NCBI GenBank assembly: GCA_951406725.2
Contig: OX597826.1
Location: 41,850,001 to 41,914,000, forward strand
DNA length: 64,000 nucleotides
Direction: 5' to 3'
DNA from: Octopus vulgaris
Taxonomy: Eukaryota
Made by a program: the position numbers and the translations under genes. The notes beneath the pieces were generated by a model that saw only the letters and a program-made list of their open reading frames with translations, was not told the DNA's origin and did not search any database. Of the stretch, positions 41,150-54,801 are shown in pieces (position 1 is the stretch's first letter; each line of letters opens with the position of its first letter).

Positions 41150-41536
41150 TGTCCAGTATTCATCTCCCCCACTATACACAGTTCTGGTCTTGTGTAGAAG
41201 TCAGCAACTGGAAGCGTAACATGTAAGAATACTCAGGGACCTCTGTTGTGTGAAATACAAATAGTAAAGTGGCAGTTAAAGTATTTATAATACTGAACCC
41301 TGAAATATTAATTTATATTTACTCAGACAGTGTTAAGTATTGGTTTTATTTCAACGGACGAATGGTTAACAGAAGAAGCAGGAAGGTCAGTAGTTTGAGC
41401 TGGCCATTATACTGTCATGTTGAAAAGTATACGTATGTTCGATGGCAAATAATGTGCCCTGTGTGTGTATGTGAAGTGTCTGTGTGTGTGATTGTGTGTG
41501 TGTGTGTGTGTGTGTGATTGTGTGTGTGTATATATT

Positions 41537-41742
41537 CTCTTTTACTCTTTTACTCTTTTACTTGTTTCAGTCATGTGACTGTGGCCATGCTGGAGCACCG
41601 CTTTAGTCGAGCAAATCGACCCCAGGGCTTATTCTTTGTAAGCCTAGTACTTATTCTATTGGTCGCTTTTGCCGAACTGCTAAGTTACGGGACGTAAACA
41701 CACCAGCATCGATTGTGAAGCGATGTTGCGGTGACGAACATA

Positions 41743-41832
<90 letters not shown>

Positions 41833-41928
41833 TACGACGGGCTTCTTTCAGTTTCCGTCTACCAAATCCACTCACAAGGCTTTGGTCGGCCCGAGGCTAT
41901 AGTAGAAGACACTTGCCCAAGGTGCCAC
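41537..41928 (-). mobile_element. SINE family 2, head missing
   Basis: Same body, tail and internal CA/TA tract as 38041-38467. Confidence 0.92.
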
Positions 41929-41971
<43 letters not shown>

Positions 41972-42017
41972 TTTATATATACACTTACATGTATGTGTGT
42001 ATGTGGCTATTCTACTG

Positions 42018-42285
42018 AAAATAAAAGAATCCTTGAATGCAGATAGTCTATGACAACAACTTGGGAAATTGGGCAAATACCCTTAGAAGACAGACAGAAA
42101 AAAAAAAGGTGACACTAAAGCCGCTGCAGAGAAATCGACTCTGTACCTATCCAGTTCCAGCGAAACGCTCTGTACCATTAAGCTAAGAGACCTCCCGGGG
42201 ACACTCTTTTCGTCTTCTAAGGGAATTTATCCAATTTTCTAAGCTGCTGTCACAGCCTGTCTGCATCCGAGAATTCCTTTATTTT
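42018..42285. repeat. Imperfect inverted repeat element, about 75 bp arms
   Basis: atgcagatagtctatgacaacaacttgggaaattgggcaaatacccttagaagac vs reverse complement of 42212-42266, extending outward. Confidence 0.75.
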
Positions 42286-42572
42286 TTGTATAATACCAAC
42301 TCATCGGGGCTTCTAAGTTTGATTACAAAGTATGTATGTATGTAAGTATGTATGTATGTATGTATGTATGTATGTATGTATGTATGCATGCATGTATGTA
42401 TGTATGTATGTATGTATGTATGTATGTATGTATGTATGTATGGATGCATGCATGCATGCATGTATGTATGTATGTATGTATGTATGTATGTATGTATGTA
42501 TGCATGCATGCATGTATGTATGTATGTATGTATGTATGTATGTATGTATGTATGTATGTATGAACGAGGAAT

Positions 42573-42717
42573 TATAAGGTTGTCCCAAAAGTGCGTAGAA
42601 AGTCTTGGAAAATAATGGTCTTTATTTTGAGGAATAATTTTTGTTGTTTTTGTTAGTACTTGGCGAGTAAAAATTCAATTTTCGCAAGTGTTTACGAACT
42701 TTTGGGACAACCTAATA
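42573..42717. mobile_element. Small Tc1/mariner-type MITE
   Basis: TIR aggttgtcccaaaagt(g/t)cgta / tacgaacttttgggacaacct with TA-rich ends. Confidence 0.8.
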
Positions 42718-43062
42718 TTACAGTGACCAATGACATCAGAGATTAATACCTTGCAATTTCAATAAAAGTTTTATTTATAGACATTATCACTGCTTCAAGA
42801 GAAGGTAAAAGGATCGTTTAGTGGTAATTAGCACCAACTCCAAATGAAGGATTCATAATCTCAAGAATTTGAAGCAAAAACTCTCTGCAATCTGGTATGA
42901 CATTACGGAAAAGACAAGCTTGTTTCGCTTTCCTTCTAACAAATTCACTGATAAGGCATTGATCGCCCAGAGGGTATTGTAGATGACACTTGCCCAAATG
43001 TTGCGGTGTGGGACTGAGCCCAAGGTTACATATTTGGGAAGCCAATTTCTTGTGTTTATAAG

Positions 43063-43108
<46 letters not shown>

Positions 43109-43111
<3 letters not shown>

Positions 43112-43306
43112 GCGAGAATTTGCAAAAAAACAAAAGACGAAGACATATGGTCTAGACAACAAACACATGTACTAGTTTAACGCTCGGGAAGTGAAAAAGT
43201 CTTTAACGTTTCGAGCCTATGCTCTTTCACAGAAAGGAACGCAGAAAGAAACAAAGAGAGAAAATAAAGAATGTGTAGTGGCTAACGATCTAACATGGCA
43301 AATGCC

Positions 43307-43310
<4 letters not shown>
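43109..43310 (-). mobile_element. Short Penelope-like element with degenerate hammerhead (43201-43236)
   Basis: Reverse complement CTTT-CTGTGAA-A-GAGC-ATAG-GCTC-GAAA-CG-TT-AAAG; between (TA)n and (CA)n. Confidence 0.6.
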
Positions 43311-43344
<34 letters not shown>

Positions 43345-43400
43345 ATACATACACACACACAAACACACACACGCACAAAGGCCCGCACACACACATACAC

Positions 43401-43480
<80 letters not shown>

Positions 43481-44069
43481 CACTTACATACATGTATACG
43501 GATCAATAGAGGTGACAGAATTTGTGACTCTGATTAGAAAGGAAATCAATCTTAAAGAAAAGTGTAAGTCTCATTCGGCGGTTCTCATGCCTTTCCCATG
43601 GTATATTTAGTGAGATAATTTATCTAAACTGATGTTAATGGGGTATTTTTGGAATCGGTGGCATTATTTGCAACTTTACCAGGAACCTACCACGAAATAT
43701 ATGGCACTTGCCACAAGACGAAACTTGATTTATGGTGAAGATAAAATATTTGTGACGTTCGCTTGTAATAGAGTACTCAACATACGATAAAGAAAGTGAT
43801 TTGTACTTGAAATTATCTCCGTAACACATACCTAACGATGTTGCTTCGTCAGCAAATGTTTAAAAGGAACATTCTGTTTTGTCGAAGAATTCTCTATGAA
43901 ATACGATAGAGGACGAAATGGTTGTGAGTTTTAAAGGCATGGAAGGAGGCAGAGTTGATAATAAAGTCATTGTTCTACTGATGGTGCTGAGTTGAAAGTT
44001 TGGTACATACCAGAAATGTTTCGAAAATCTCCAATCAAATTAATGTTATTGTCATGAAGACCATTATGA

Positions 44070-44070
44070 A

Positions 44071-44151
<81 letters not shown>

Positions 44152-44260
44152 CATCATCATCATCATCATCATAATCATCATCATCATCATCATCATTATC
44201 ATCGTCGTCGTCATCGTCATCGTCGTCATCGTCATCTTCATCATCATCATCATCATCATC

Positions 44261-44302
<42 letters not shown>

Positions 44303-44441
44303 GTCATCATCATCATCGTCACCATCATCATCATCGTCACCATCATCATCATCGTCACTATCATCATCATCGTCATCATCATCATCATCATCGTCATCAT
44401 CATCGTCATCATCATCGTCGTCGTCGTCATCGTCATCATCG

Positions 44442-44478
<37 letters not shown>

Positions 44479-44540
44479 TATCATCATCATCATCATCACC
44501 ACCACCACCACAACCACCACCACCATCATCATCATCAGTA
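44070..44540. repeat. Compound trinucleotide array (AAT)n-(CAT/CGT)n-(CAC)n
   Basis: Directly visible; source of the poly-D/Y/I/M ORFs. Confidence 0.97.
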
Positions 44541-44579
44541 ATGTTCGTAACTCGCTGGAACCTCAAACAGTTTCTTTAA

Positions 44580-44783
44580 AGTGGCAGAATCGTTAGGACG
44601 CTGAACCAAACGCTTAGTGGCATTTCGTCCGTATTTACGTTCAGACTTCAAATTCCGCCGAGGTCGACTTTGCCTTTCAACCTTTCGGAATGGATAAATT
44701 AAGTATCAGTGAAACACTGGGGTCGATATAATCGACTAGTCCCCACCCAACAAATTTGAGGCCTTGTGCCTTCAGTATAAAGG

Positions 44784-44785
<2 letters not shown>
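44580..44785 (+). mobile_element. SINE family 1 with tail B running into (TTA)n
   Basis: ggccttgtgccttcagtataaaggattattatt. Confidence 0.9.
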
Positions 44786-44858
<73 letters not shown>

Positions 44859-44992
44859 GAGTGAGAGAGCAGTGCATGCCATCAAAGTGACACTGGGGTA
44901 AAATATACGAAGCCCAATATACCCATCATGACTACCCGTCTGATAAAGGTACACATGGTGATCTCATATCAAGATAAACAGCACATGACCTT
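44859..44992 (-). repeat. 3'-terminal fragment of TAA-associated repeat
   Basis: gagtgagagagcag(t/c)gcatgccatcaaagtgacactgggg shared with 45773; TTA arrays on both sides. Confidence 0.75.
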
Positions 44993-45007
44993 ATTATTAT
45001 TATTATT

Positions 45008-45485
45008 ACTTTTTTTCTTCTTTCAAATTTTCTTCCATTTCTTGCCGAGTGTCTTCCCGACTCCTAGGGCAAAGAAACTCATAGTGTATATTGGTAGGCC
45101 ATTAAACCAAACTCAGTAGTTCGTTCATTTTTTTTTTTTTTTTTTTTAAATTAAAATACATGAGCAGCAACAGTTCTCACATCGACAATGCTCTTCTCAA
45201 TACGTGTGATGTACCAGTTAAGACAATCTTTTGCACTTCTTGCAGGGATGGTAAGCCAGGGATCATTCTCATATAATTTTCGGTTCCCTTCTTGATCATT
45301 CCTAGTGCTCCTACGATCATTGGTATTGTAACCGCCTTGAGATGCCACATTTTCTCAATTTCAATGAGTAGGTCTTTATATTTTCTGAGCTTGTCAAACT
45401 CTTTCGCTGAGATATTATGATCACAGGGGATGCTCATGTCGATCAATAAGCAAACTTTATTGTTTTGGTCTTTCACAACAATATC

Positions 45486-45486
<1 letters not shown>
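45008..45486 (-). mobile_element. 5'-truncated young R4/Dong-type LINE in (TAA)n
   Basis: Nearly identical to 52993-53474; ORF 45177-45476 matches the C-terminus of the 516 aa ORF. Confidence 0.95.
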
Positions 45487-45555
<69 letters not shown>

Positions 45556-45559
45556 ACTA

Positions 45560-45611
<52 letters not shown>

Positions 45612-45615
45612 ACTA

Positions 45616-45671
<56 letters not shown>

Positions 45672-45711
45672 TTCATTATTATTATTATTATTATTATTAT
45701 CATTATTACTA

Positions 45712-45772
<61 letters not shown>

Positions 45773-46265
45773 GAGTGAGAGAGCAGCGCATGCCATCAAA
45801 GTGACACTGGGGTACAAATATACGAAACCCAATATATCCGACTGATAAGGGTACACCAGGCATATGCATCAGAACTATGTGTGCGTGACATGGTGATTTC
45901 ATATCAAGATAAACAGCGCATCAACTTGCAGGTAGGGCTCAGTTAAAATTTTCTTCAGTAGCCCAGCCTGCTCAAAAGGACCCTGATTAAGGGTTGTTTA
46001 AAGATGTTGTTCGAAACACCCATGTTTCTAGAGATAACTTATTCAATCCCCAAAGAATACCCCTCAACACATAATTATGATGCTCCCTCACTACTTCTGC
46101 TCGTGGTCAGAGATGCACATATTGTTAACCACCAAGGGGCATACTCAACTGATTAAGATCAAACAACTGACAAGCAGAATATTTGCTGTAGCCCTTCTTT
46201 TACACCCAGACAAAACATGTATATGATAACATTTTCACTCAGTTAAGATCAGAAGCCACGAGAGC
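45773..46265 (-). repeat. TAA-associated repeat (probable long LINE 3'UTR)
   Basis: Homologous to 3708-4060 and 44859-44992; terminus abuts (TTA)n. Confidence 0.7.
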
Positions 46266-46277
46266 CGGCGCCTGTCG

Positions 46278-46678
46278 ACCTGGCAAAATTGTTAGCACAT
46301 CAGACGAAGTGCTTAGCGGTATTTCGCCTGCCGTTACGTTCTGAGTTCAAATTCCGCCGATGTCGACTTTGCCTTTCATCCTTTCGAGGTCGATTAAATA
46401 AGTACCAGTTACGCACTGGGGTCGATATAATCGACTTAATCCGTTTGTCAGTCCTTGTTTGTCCTCTCTGTGTTTAGCCCCTTGTGGGTAGTAAAGAAAT
46501 AGAAATAGGTATTTCGTCTATCTTCACGTTTTGAGTTCAAATACCGTCGAGGTCGGCTTTGCCTGTCATTGTTTCGGGGTCGGTAAATTAAGTACCAGTG
46601 AATCACTGCGGTAGTTGTAATCGACTAGTTCCCTCCCCCAAAATTTCAGGCCTTGTGCCTTTAGTAGAACAGGTTAAT
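46278..46678 (+). mobile_element. SINE family 1 dimer ending in (TTA)n
   Basis: Tail A, ggtatttcgtcta junction, tail B ggccttgtgcctttagtagaa. Confidence 0.9.
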
Positions 46679-46685
46679 ATTATTA

Positions 46686-46758
<73 letters not shown>

Positions 46759-46759
<1 letters not shown>

Positions 46760-47412
46760 TTCTCTTTATCACAAGTTTTGTTGGAGCTCCTGGAGTCTTG
46801 CATGCGTAGCGGGTTTGCTACTTGCAATCTACGGTACCATGCTATTTGTTCTTTTCAGCTATATTATACTTTCCTGATTATTCTGGCCGTGCCAAGGAGG
46901 CAAACCTTTTGTAAGAGTTCTACTGGGCACTCTATTCCAATTTCCTTTATATTCCTCTTGATTCCTTCTGATACTGTTTCCAAGGACCCAACAATAATTG
47001 TCACTATCTTCACTTTCTTCATCTTCCATAGTCGGGCTCTTTCGTACTTAAGAGGGTTGTATCTATCTAACTTTTCGCCTTCCTTCGGGGCATGCAACAT
47101 CAACTATACAGCATATGTGGTGCACTTTGTCCACCACCACTAGGCCTGGTCTGTTATGCTCTGACACCTGATCTGTTTGGATTGGGAAATTCCAGAGGAT
47201 TTTGCTAGTCTCCGACTCTGCCACTCTGCGGTTTGTGCTTTATACCACGCCTTGGCTCTCTCTCTAGCCCCCCTTTACGCGTAGTTTCCAATATAGCGCT
47301 TTCGCTACCTGGTCCTCTCGCAACAACTTGTAGTGGTTTTCGGCAAGTCTTGGGCATTCGTTCTTGATATGGGCCATGGTTTGATCCACTCTATTGCCGA
47401 TGCCGCACAGTG
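46759..47412 (-). mobile_element. R4/Dong-type LINE 3' fragment
   Basis: LCGIGNRVDQTMAHIKNECPRLAENHYK..DQVAKALYW; LLQKVCLLGTARIIRKV; 3'UTR shared with 60793-61292. Confidence 0.9.
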
Positions 47413-47431
47413 AAGAAAGAGAGTGAGAGAG

Positions 47432-47504
<73 letters not shown>

Positions 47505-47892
47505 AGGAAGCCGGCCGGTAATCTCACCAAAATTCCAGCGTGGGGACGAATTTATGTATAGAAAGCCAAATTTTGTGGGGAGGACCAAGCAGAGCTAAGA
47601 TATAGAAGTTTGCGAAATTTTTGAGAGGCGTTTCGACAAATTGGAACTAGCATAGCTAAGATATAGAAATTTATAAACTATATCTCAATGTTTTGAAAAA
47701 ATATAGTAGTCTATCTATAAAATACCACACCATATTTATGATAAAGTAATCTATCTATGGGAAATCACATCGTAGTTAAGATATAAAAATCTATAAACAT
47801 TTCAAAGTTTTAGCAAACATAGAAAGTAATAGAAAATTCTCGCATATTTTTAGCGAGAGCTGTTATAATGGTCATCCTATTGTGGGAATGCC

Positions 47893-47953
<61 letters not shown>

Positions 47954-47954
47954 T

Positions 47955-48810
47955 ATTGTCTTTACACAGCTTCTGACGCTGGAGATGTTCTACGGTGCCA
48001 GCTGTTCACATCTAGTGAACTAAGGTAAAACCCCGTATTTTTCGAGCACCATCCAGAGTATTCGAGCGGTTCAAAACAATGCTGTTTTCTGCAAGTGCTC
48101 CACCCTTATTGCGGCCCCTATTTGTTCCTTGTACTTCTCAAGAATTTTATTCGCTGTTTCTGGGGCTCCGACAATTATTAGTGCTACTACCACCTTTTTC
48201 ATCGACCACAACTACTCCCACATTATCTGCCACACTAACCTCCCACACTAACCTGCCATATCTATTGACTTTTCTTTCTTCCTTATCGCATACCTTGTTG
48301 TCAGCTGGGCATGTTATATCTATGATCCAGTATCGTTTTCTTTCTTTCTCAATTAACACTATGTCTGGCTTCCGATTCTCAATCTAATGGTCGCACTGAA
48401 TCATAAAATCCCATAGGATCTTTGTATTATCATTTTCGATGATGCCTTCGGGTTTATGTTCGTACAACTTTTTTGCTCTGTCTAGTCCATACTTGTTGCA
48501 AAGTGTCCAATGGACAACCCTTGCTTTATTGTCATGACGTCTCATATTCTTTCTGGGCTAGTGGCATACATTGACTGGTAATGTGCTATACGGTTTCACC
48601 ATTTTGTCTACAGATTCTGCACTTATCACATTCTGATGTGTTGTCTATTCTGTATATGATGTGATTAATTCTTAGTGCTTGCTCTTGGGCAGCACAGATT
48701 AGAGCCTCTGTTTCGGTTTAAAATCACTTTTAGCCATCCATAGCTATCCTTTTTCCCTGTCTTATTTTCAACATCCCTATGAAATTGACCATGCATTCTT
48801 TTCTTTCAAT
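47955..48810 (-). mobile_element. R4/Dong-type LINE 3' fragment, different subfamily
   Basis: RMHGQFHRD, ALICAAQEQAL, CRICRQNGET, RRHDNKA, KPDIVLIEKERKRYWIIDITCPAD; 3' end abuts (TAA)n. Confidence 0.9.
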
Positions 48811-49407
48811 ATTAAACTTCCTGTTTAGCGTCCTGTATTTTTGTTCGCTTTTAAGCTCTCCTTTCTCTTTTCGGTCTAACGCAGAGATTTCCTTCGAGAG
48901 CATATCTAACCCTGCCTGAATTCTTCTTTTCCATAAGCTGTTGCTTATGTTGTTATGTTTTTGTTGATGCTTATGTTGTTAATGTTGTTGTTAATGTCGA
49001 CCCTAGTATTAATGTCTGTTCATTTAGTTTTCATCAGCGCCGCCACGGCAATCATATCATCACCTCCACCATCAGATTTAGCCTTCTCTTCTCCACTTCA
49101 TCATGATGATAATGATGGTAGTGTTAATGATGATCATCATGATGGTCAAAACCGTCCTAATTGTCGTCATCATCGTCATCAACCTCCTCTCCCCCTTCCT
49201 TCCTCCTTCTTGCACACTTCTCCGTCTATCACTTCATCTTCTTCCCCTCCTCCTCGTCATCGTCATCATTTTTATCACCATCATCATCATCATCGTCGTC
49301 GTCGTCATCATGATGATCATCATCATCATCGATTTCGGATTTTTTCGGTTGTTATTGTCATTACTAGATGACTACGTTTATAAAACTTATTTAGGTAGTA
49401 TTAGTAT

Positions 49408-49473
<66 letters not shown>

Positions 49474-49486
49474 CAGTAGTAGTAGT

Positions 49487-49873
49487 GGAGGCGCAATGGC
49501 CCAGTGGTTAGGGCAGCGGACTCGCGGTCATAGGATCGCGGTTTCGATTCCCAGACCGGGCGTTGTGAGTGTTTATTGAGCGAAAACACCTAAAAGCTCC
49601 ACGACGCTCCGGCAGGGGATGGTGGTGATCCCTGCTGTACTCTTTCACCACAACTTTCTCTCACTCTTACTTCCTGTTTCTGTTGTAGCCGTATTTCAAG
49701 GGACCGGCCTTGTCACTCTCTGTGTCACGCTGAATATCCCCGAGAACTACGTTAAGGGCGCACGTGTCTGTGGAGTACTCAGCCACTTACACGTTAATTT
49801 CACGAGCAGGCTGTTCCGTTGATTCGGATCAACCGGAACCCTCATCGTCGTAACCGACGGAGTGCTTCCATCC
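49487..49873 (+). mobile_element. tRNA-derived SINE family 3, full length, inside (AGT)n
   Basis: A box TGGCCCAGTGG, B box GTTTCGATTCC; (AGT)n on both sides; second head at 51798. Confidence 0.9.
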
Positions 49874-49924
<51 letters not shown>

Positions 49925-50642
49925 GGCAGCAGAAACAACAGCAATGGTAGTTGTTCTTGTAGTTTAACTCAGGTCAGTGCTAATTGAGGAGGCGTTGATC
50001 AAACGTCCTCCAGGCGTGACAACCATCTTGTCATTTTATACAACCAAGTACTACACTGTCCAATGTACCCCTTCCTTAAGGGTGATTAGCGGTAGATTTT
50101 GTTGTTGTTTCTAGCAACAAAATGGAACTAATGTCCCCACATAGGCTGAAGAAGCAACAGTGTTTATAAATCACTGCTTTAAAAGCTGTGCCACCTTCTG
50201 ATTTATGACACACCACTTCATATCTCTTATCTTTGCTTATTTTAGTTCATCACATTATATACCATTATTACCACCACTGCCAACACCACCACTGCCAACA
50301 CCACCACCGTCGCCACGGCCACTATCTACACCACCGTCATTGTCACTGTCACCACCGCCATCACGGCCACTATCTACACCACCGTCATTGTCACTGTCAC
50401 CACCGTCACCATCTCCACCACCACCACTACCGCCGCCGCCGCTGCCACTACAGTCACACTACCGCTTCCACCATCACCACCACCACCACCACCACCACCA
50501 CCACCACCACCACCACCACTATCAACTAAAAACAATACTACCACTTTACCACCACTTTCAGTCAACAACACTACAGCCACCGACAAAACATCATGACCAC
50601 CACCACCACCATCACCAGTCATCACCAACTACCACCACCACC

Positions 50643-50689
<47 letters not shown>

Positions 50690-51052
50690 CGTCAACAACA
50701 CCTCACCCCGTACTAACTAACACTATACACTCATGTTCCAGATAGTTGTTAATCTTTCGCTCTCCTTCATATCATTTTCTGGAGATAACGGATAGAATGA
50801 TCAGGATAAACGGGTGGATGAGGTAAACATGCTTCTGTTCTTGGATTTATCTCGTACAAGGCTCCGTTGGCACAGCTGCGCAGTGATGGGTTTATCTTGT
50901 AATTGAATAACTATTAAATCTGGTTTATAAAGAAGCCTTTATAAGTTTGAAATAATAACGAACATGGGGAATGGAAAATAAGGAACGGAAAACAGAGGAA
51001 AGCAGTAAACATATATACTTATGTGTGTGTGTGTATATATATATATATATGC

Positions 51053-51097
<45 letters not shown>

Positions 51098-51175
51098 TAT
51101 AGGTATGTGTATATATATATACAGGCATATACATATATATATATATGTATATATGTATATGTATATATGTACATG

Positions 51176-51227
<52 letters not shown>

Positions 51228-51315
51228 CGCATATATATATGCATATATATATATATATAATATATGCATATATATAATATACATATATATATGCATATAT
51301 ATGCATATATATATG

Positions 51316-51358
<43 letters not shown>

Positions 51359-51367
51359 ATACATATT

Positions 51368-51433
<66 letters not shown>

Positions 51434-51797
51434 GACAGAACGAAATTAAATATACCAATCTCTCTTCGTCTCTGACCCATACCCCACTCCCTTCCTGTCG
51501 CTCCCCAGTCTCCCCGCCCCTCTCCCTCTCTTCTAGCGATGAAAAAAAATTATTTGTTTTAAAAAGTAAATTTTTGTTTTGTTTACGCTAATGGAAACAA
51601 TTCCAAAAAGAATGCGAGAAAAATCGCTGAAGAGCAGAAAACTTCAAGTAATATTGCGAAAAGGTTAGCTAAATTCAGTATTCTATGAATTCAAAGGTCT
51701 GCTGGATCAGCGTTGACCTGGGGCTATACAACAACAACAACAACGACGACGATGACTACGAGAACAACAATAACAATATCGACAACAGCGTCAGAGT

Positions 51798-51980
51798 GGA
51801 GGCGCAATGGCCTAGTGGGTAGGTCAGCGGACTCGCGGTGGTAAGAACGCGGTTTCGATTCCCAGACCGGGCATTGTAAGTGTTTATTGAGCAAAAACAC
51901 CTAAGCCCCACGAGGCTCCGGTAGGGGTGGTGGTGAACCCCGCTGTACTCTTTCTCTCACTCTTCCTTCCTACTTCTGCC
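51798..51980 (+). mobile_element. SINE family 3 5' part
   Basis: ggaggcgcaatggcctagtgg..cggtttcgattcccagaccgggc. Confidence 0.88.
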
Positions 51981-52992
51981 ACAAAGCAGAGGAACCGTGG
52001 TGTAACCCACTATGGTGTGGTAAACTTTCAGGCCCTAGTCTAGATTGCGAATCTTCTGTACGCTAGGATGGTTCAGCTCTCCACCCGTTAAAAGCCACCG
52101 TTTACGGAATAAGGATAACAACGTAGCGTTCGCGCCCGTGCAACCGCCAGTCTATCGAATGTGGTGAGTGGATCTTCAAGTTGTCACACGCACTCTTAGT
52201 AGCTTAGTGTAGGCTCGAATTAGAGATTATTCTTTGTCGCTAATGGCGTGAGTCCTGATTGGAAAAAGAAGACAGCATCAAAATCAGCATAACTCTACTG
52301 GTTCAACGACAGACCTGTCAGAGACTGGGTTAGTTTTTCATACTCTGTTGAAGGTATTAATGATTTGTTATGCCTAACATTGTGCGAGCGGCGAGATTTA
52401 ATATTTTGACGTAAAATATTACTGATTTCATGAATATGGGTGGAATGAAACGCTACGTCAAACCCGAAAGACTAACTAAATAACAAGTGACGGCTACCGG
52501 AACATTTCTTCTTATGGATCCTAAACGCAGCACATTTTTACAGACATCAATATATTGTTATGTACTGACACGTGAAGAGGGTTAGATTTCTGGGTCCTTA
52601 TTAGATTGGTGAGGGGAGAAAAAGGTCACTGATCACAGAATGAAATTCCGAGAGATCTCATGTGGACTTCGGTCCTAAGTTAAGTTCACATTTCCTCCTA
52701 AACATTAGAGAATAAATTACGGTAGTTTGTTATGGAAACCGTTGTTTTAATTAGATTACTAATTAGATTAGTAATCAGATTTACTATGCTTTTACTATTA
52801 ATTTTCCTGCCTTTTCTTTTTCTCTGTATAATTCATATACTTCTAGCTTTCATTACTTTACTTGAAATACATGTCTGCTTTGCGTCCTCTCTTTAACCAA
52901 TTTCGAACGAGTTGCAATGCACCTGAGCACTATTTACACTAAGTTCTTTATTATCATTATTGTCATTATTATTATTATTATTATTATTATTA

Positions 52993-54801
52993 CTTTTTTT
53001 TTTCTTCTTTCAAATTTGCTTCCATTTCTTGCCGAGTGTCTTCCCGACTCCTAGGGCAAAGAAACTCATAGTATACATTGGTAGGCCATTAAACCAAACT
53101 CAGTAGTTCGTTCATTTTTTTTTTTTTTTTTTAAAGTTAAATTAAAATACATGAGCAGCAACAGTTTTCACATCGACAATGCTCTTCTCAATACGTGTGA
53201 TGTACCAGTTAAGACAATCTTTTGCACTTCTTGCAGGGATGGTAAGCCAGGGATCATTCTCATATAATTTTCGGTTCCCTTCTTGATCATTCCTAGTTCT
53301 CCTACGATCACTGGTATTGTAACCGCCTTGAGATGCCACATTTTCTCAATTTCAATGAGTAGGTCTTTATATTTTCTGAGCTTGTCAAACTCTTTCGCTG
53401 AGATATTATGATCACAGGGAATGCTCATGTCGATCAATAAGCAAACTTTATTGTTTTGGTCTTTCACAACAATATCTGGTTTATTGGCCTTGATGGTTCG
53501 GTCTGTATGTACTGGAAAGTCCCACAGAATGGTTACATTTTCTCCTTCAGTTACAGCCTCAGGGTCGTGATTATACCACTTGTCGGCAGTTTTGATATTG
53601 TAATGCCGACTTATTAGCCAGTGGAGATATTGGCCAACTCTGTCATGTCTTAATTTATATTCCACTGGTGCTAAGACTTTACATCCAGAGATTAGGTGGT
53701 CCACTGTTTCAATCATGTCGTTGCAGAATCGGCATTTTGGGTCTGCTCCATTTTTCATCACATTGGCCTGGTAGTTCTGGGTTAATAGGCTTTGATCTTG
53801 AGCAGCCAGGATGAAACCTTCGCTCTCTGCTTTTAGCCCTGAGCTCCGTAGCCACTGATGGGTTTGCTTCTGGTCAACATCAGCTTGTTTGCTGCGGGTC
53901 ACATATTTGCCGTGCAGAGGTTTCTCCTCCCACCTATCAGCCAATTGCTCGTGCGCTTTCTTCATTGCCATCATTTTCACCTTCTTTGCAACAATAGTTG
54001 CCGTACTTCCCTCGGGTTGTTCAGTTTGGGTATCCTGCACGAGATCAATAGCAAATTTTTTGCTTTCCTTTATGATAGAATGAAGCTTCTTTCGTCTCTC
54101 GTGATTTTCCACGAGCTTTAGCATCCAGTCATTCGATATTTCGAGATATTTGGCCAGTCCAATTGTGGTTGTTTTGTAAGCTAGTTCAAATTGGATCAGG
54201 CCTCGACCTCCTTGGGCTCTGGGAAGGTAAAGGCGATCTACGTCTGCCTTTGGGTGGTGCATCCTATTACAACTCAGCAGCTTGCGTATTTTTCTATCTA
54301 TATTCTTTACTTCACTCATATTCCAGTTCAACACATTGTAGCTATAAGTAACAACTGGAACTGCTAAGGAATTTATAGCTAACACCTTGTTATGTGCATT
54401 TAGTTCAGATTTCAGGACTGCACGAACTCTCCTATAACATTCCTTCCTGATTTTCTCTTTCATGCTTGCATGCTGAATACCAGAGCCTTCATTTATCCCT
54501 AAATATTTGTATGTTTGTTCTTGCTCAAGCTCTCTTATGACTGTGTCAACATCTAACGCGACTGAATTTGTGGTCTTCACTTTCCCTTTCTGGAAAGTGG
54601 CCTTGGCACACTTCTCAAGTCCAAACTCCACCCCGATGTCATCGCTGAATGCTTTCACGGTGCGCAATAGGCCTTCAAGTTCATTATTGTCTTTACCATA
54701 AAGTTTTAAGTCATCCATATAAAATAGATGGCTTATTTTTTTATTGGCAATTTTATACCCATACCCTGTTCTGTTTAATTCACTTGTTCTGTTTAATTCA
54801 C

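Noticed and set aside
49487-49560. tRNA gene
   Set aside because: No acceptor stem closure or T-run terminator; continues into a SINE body
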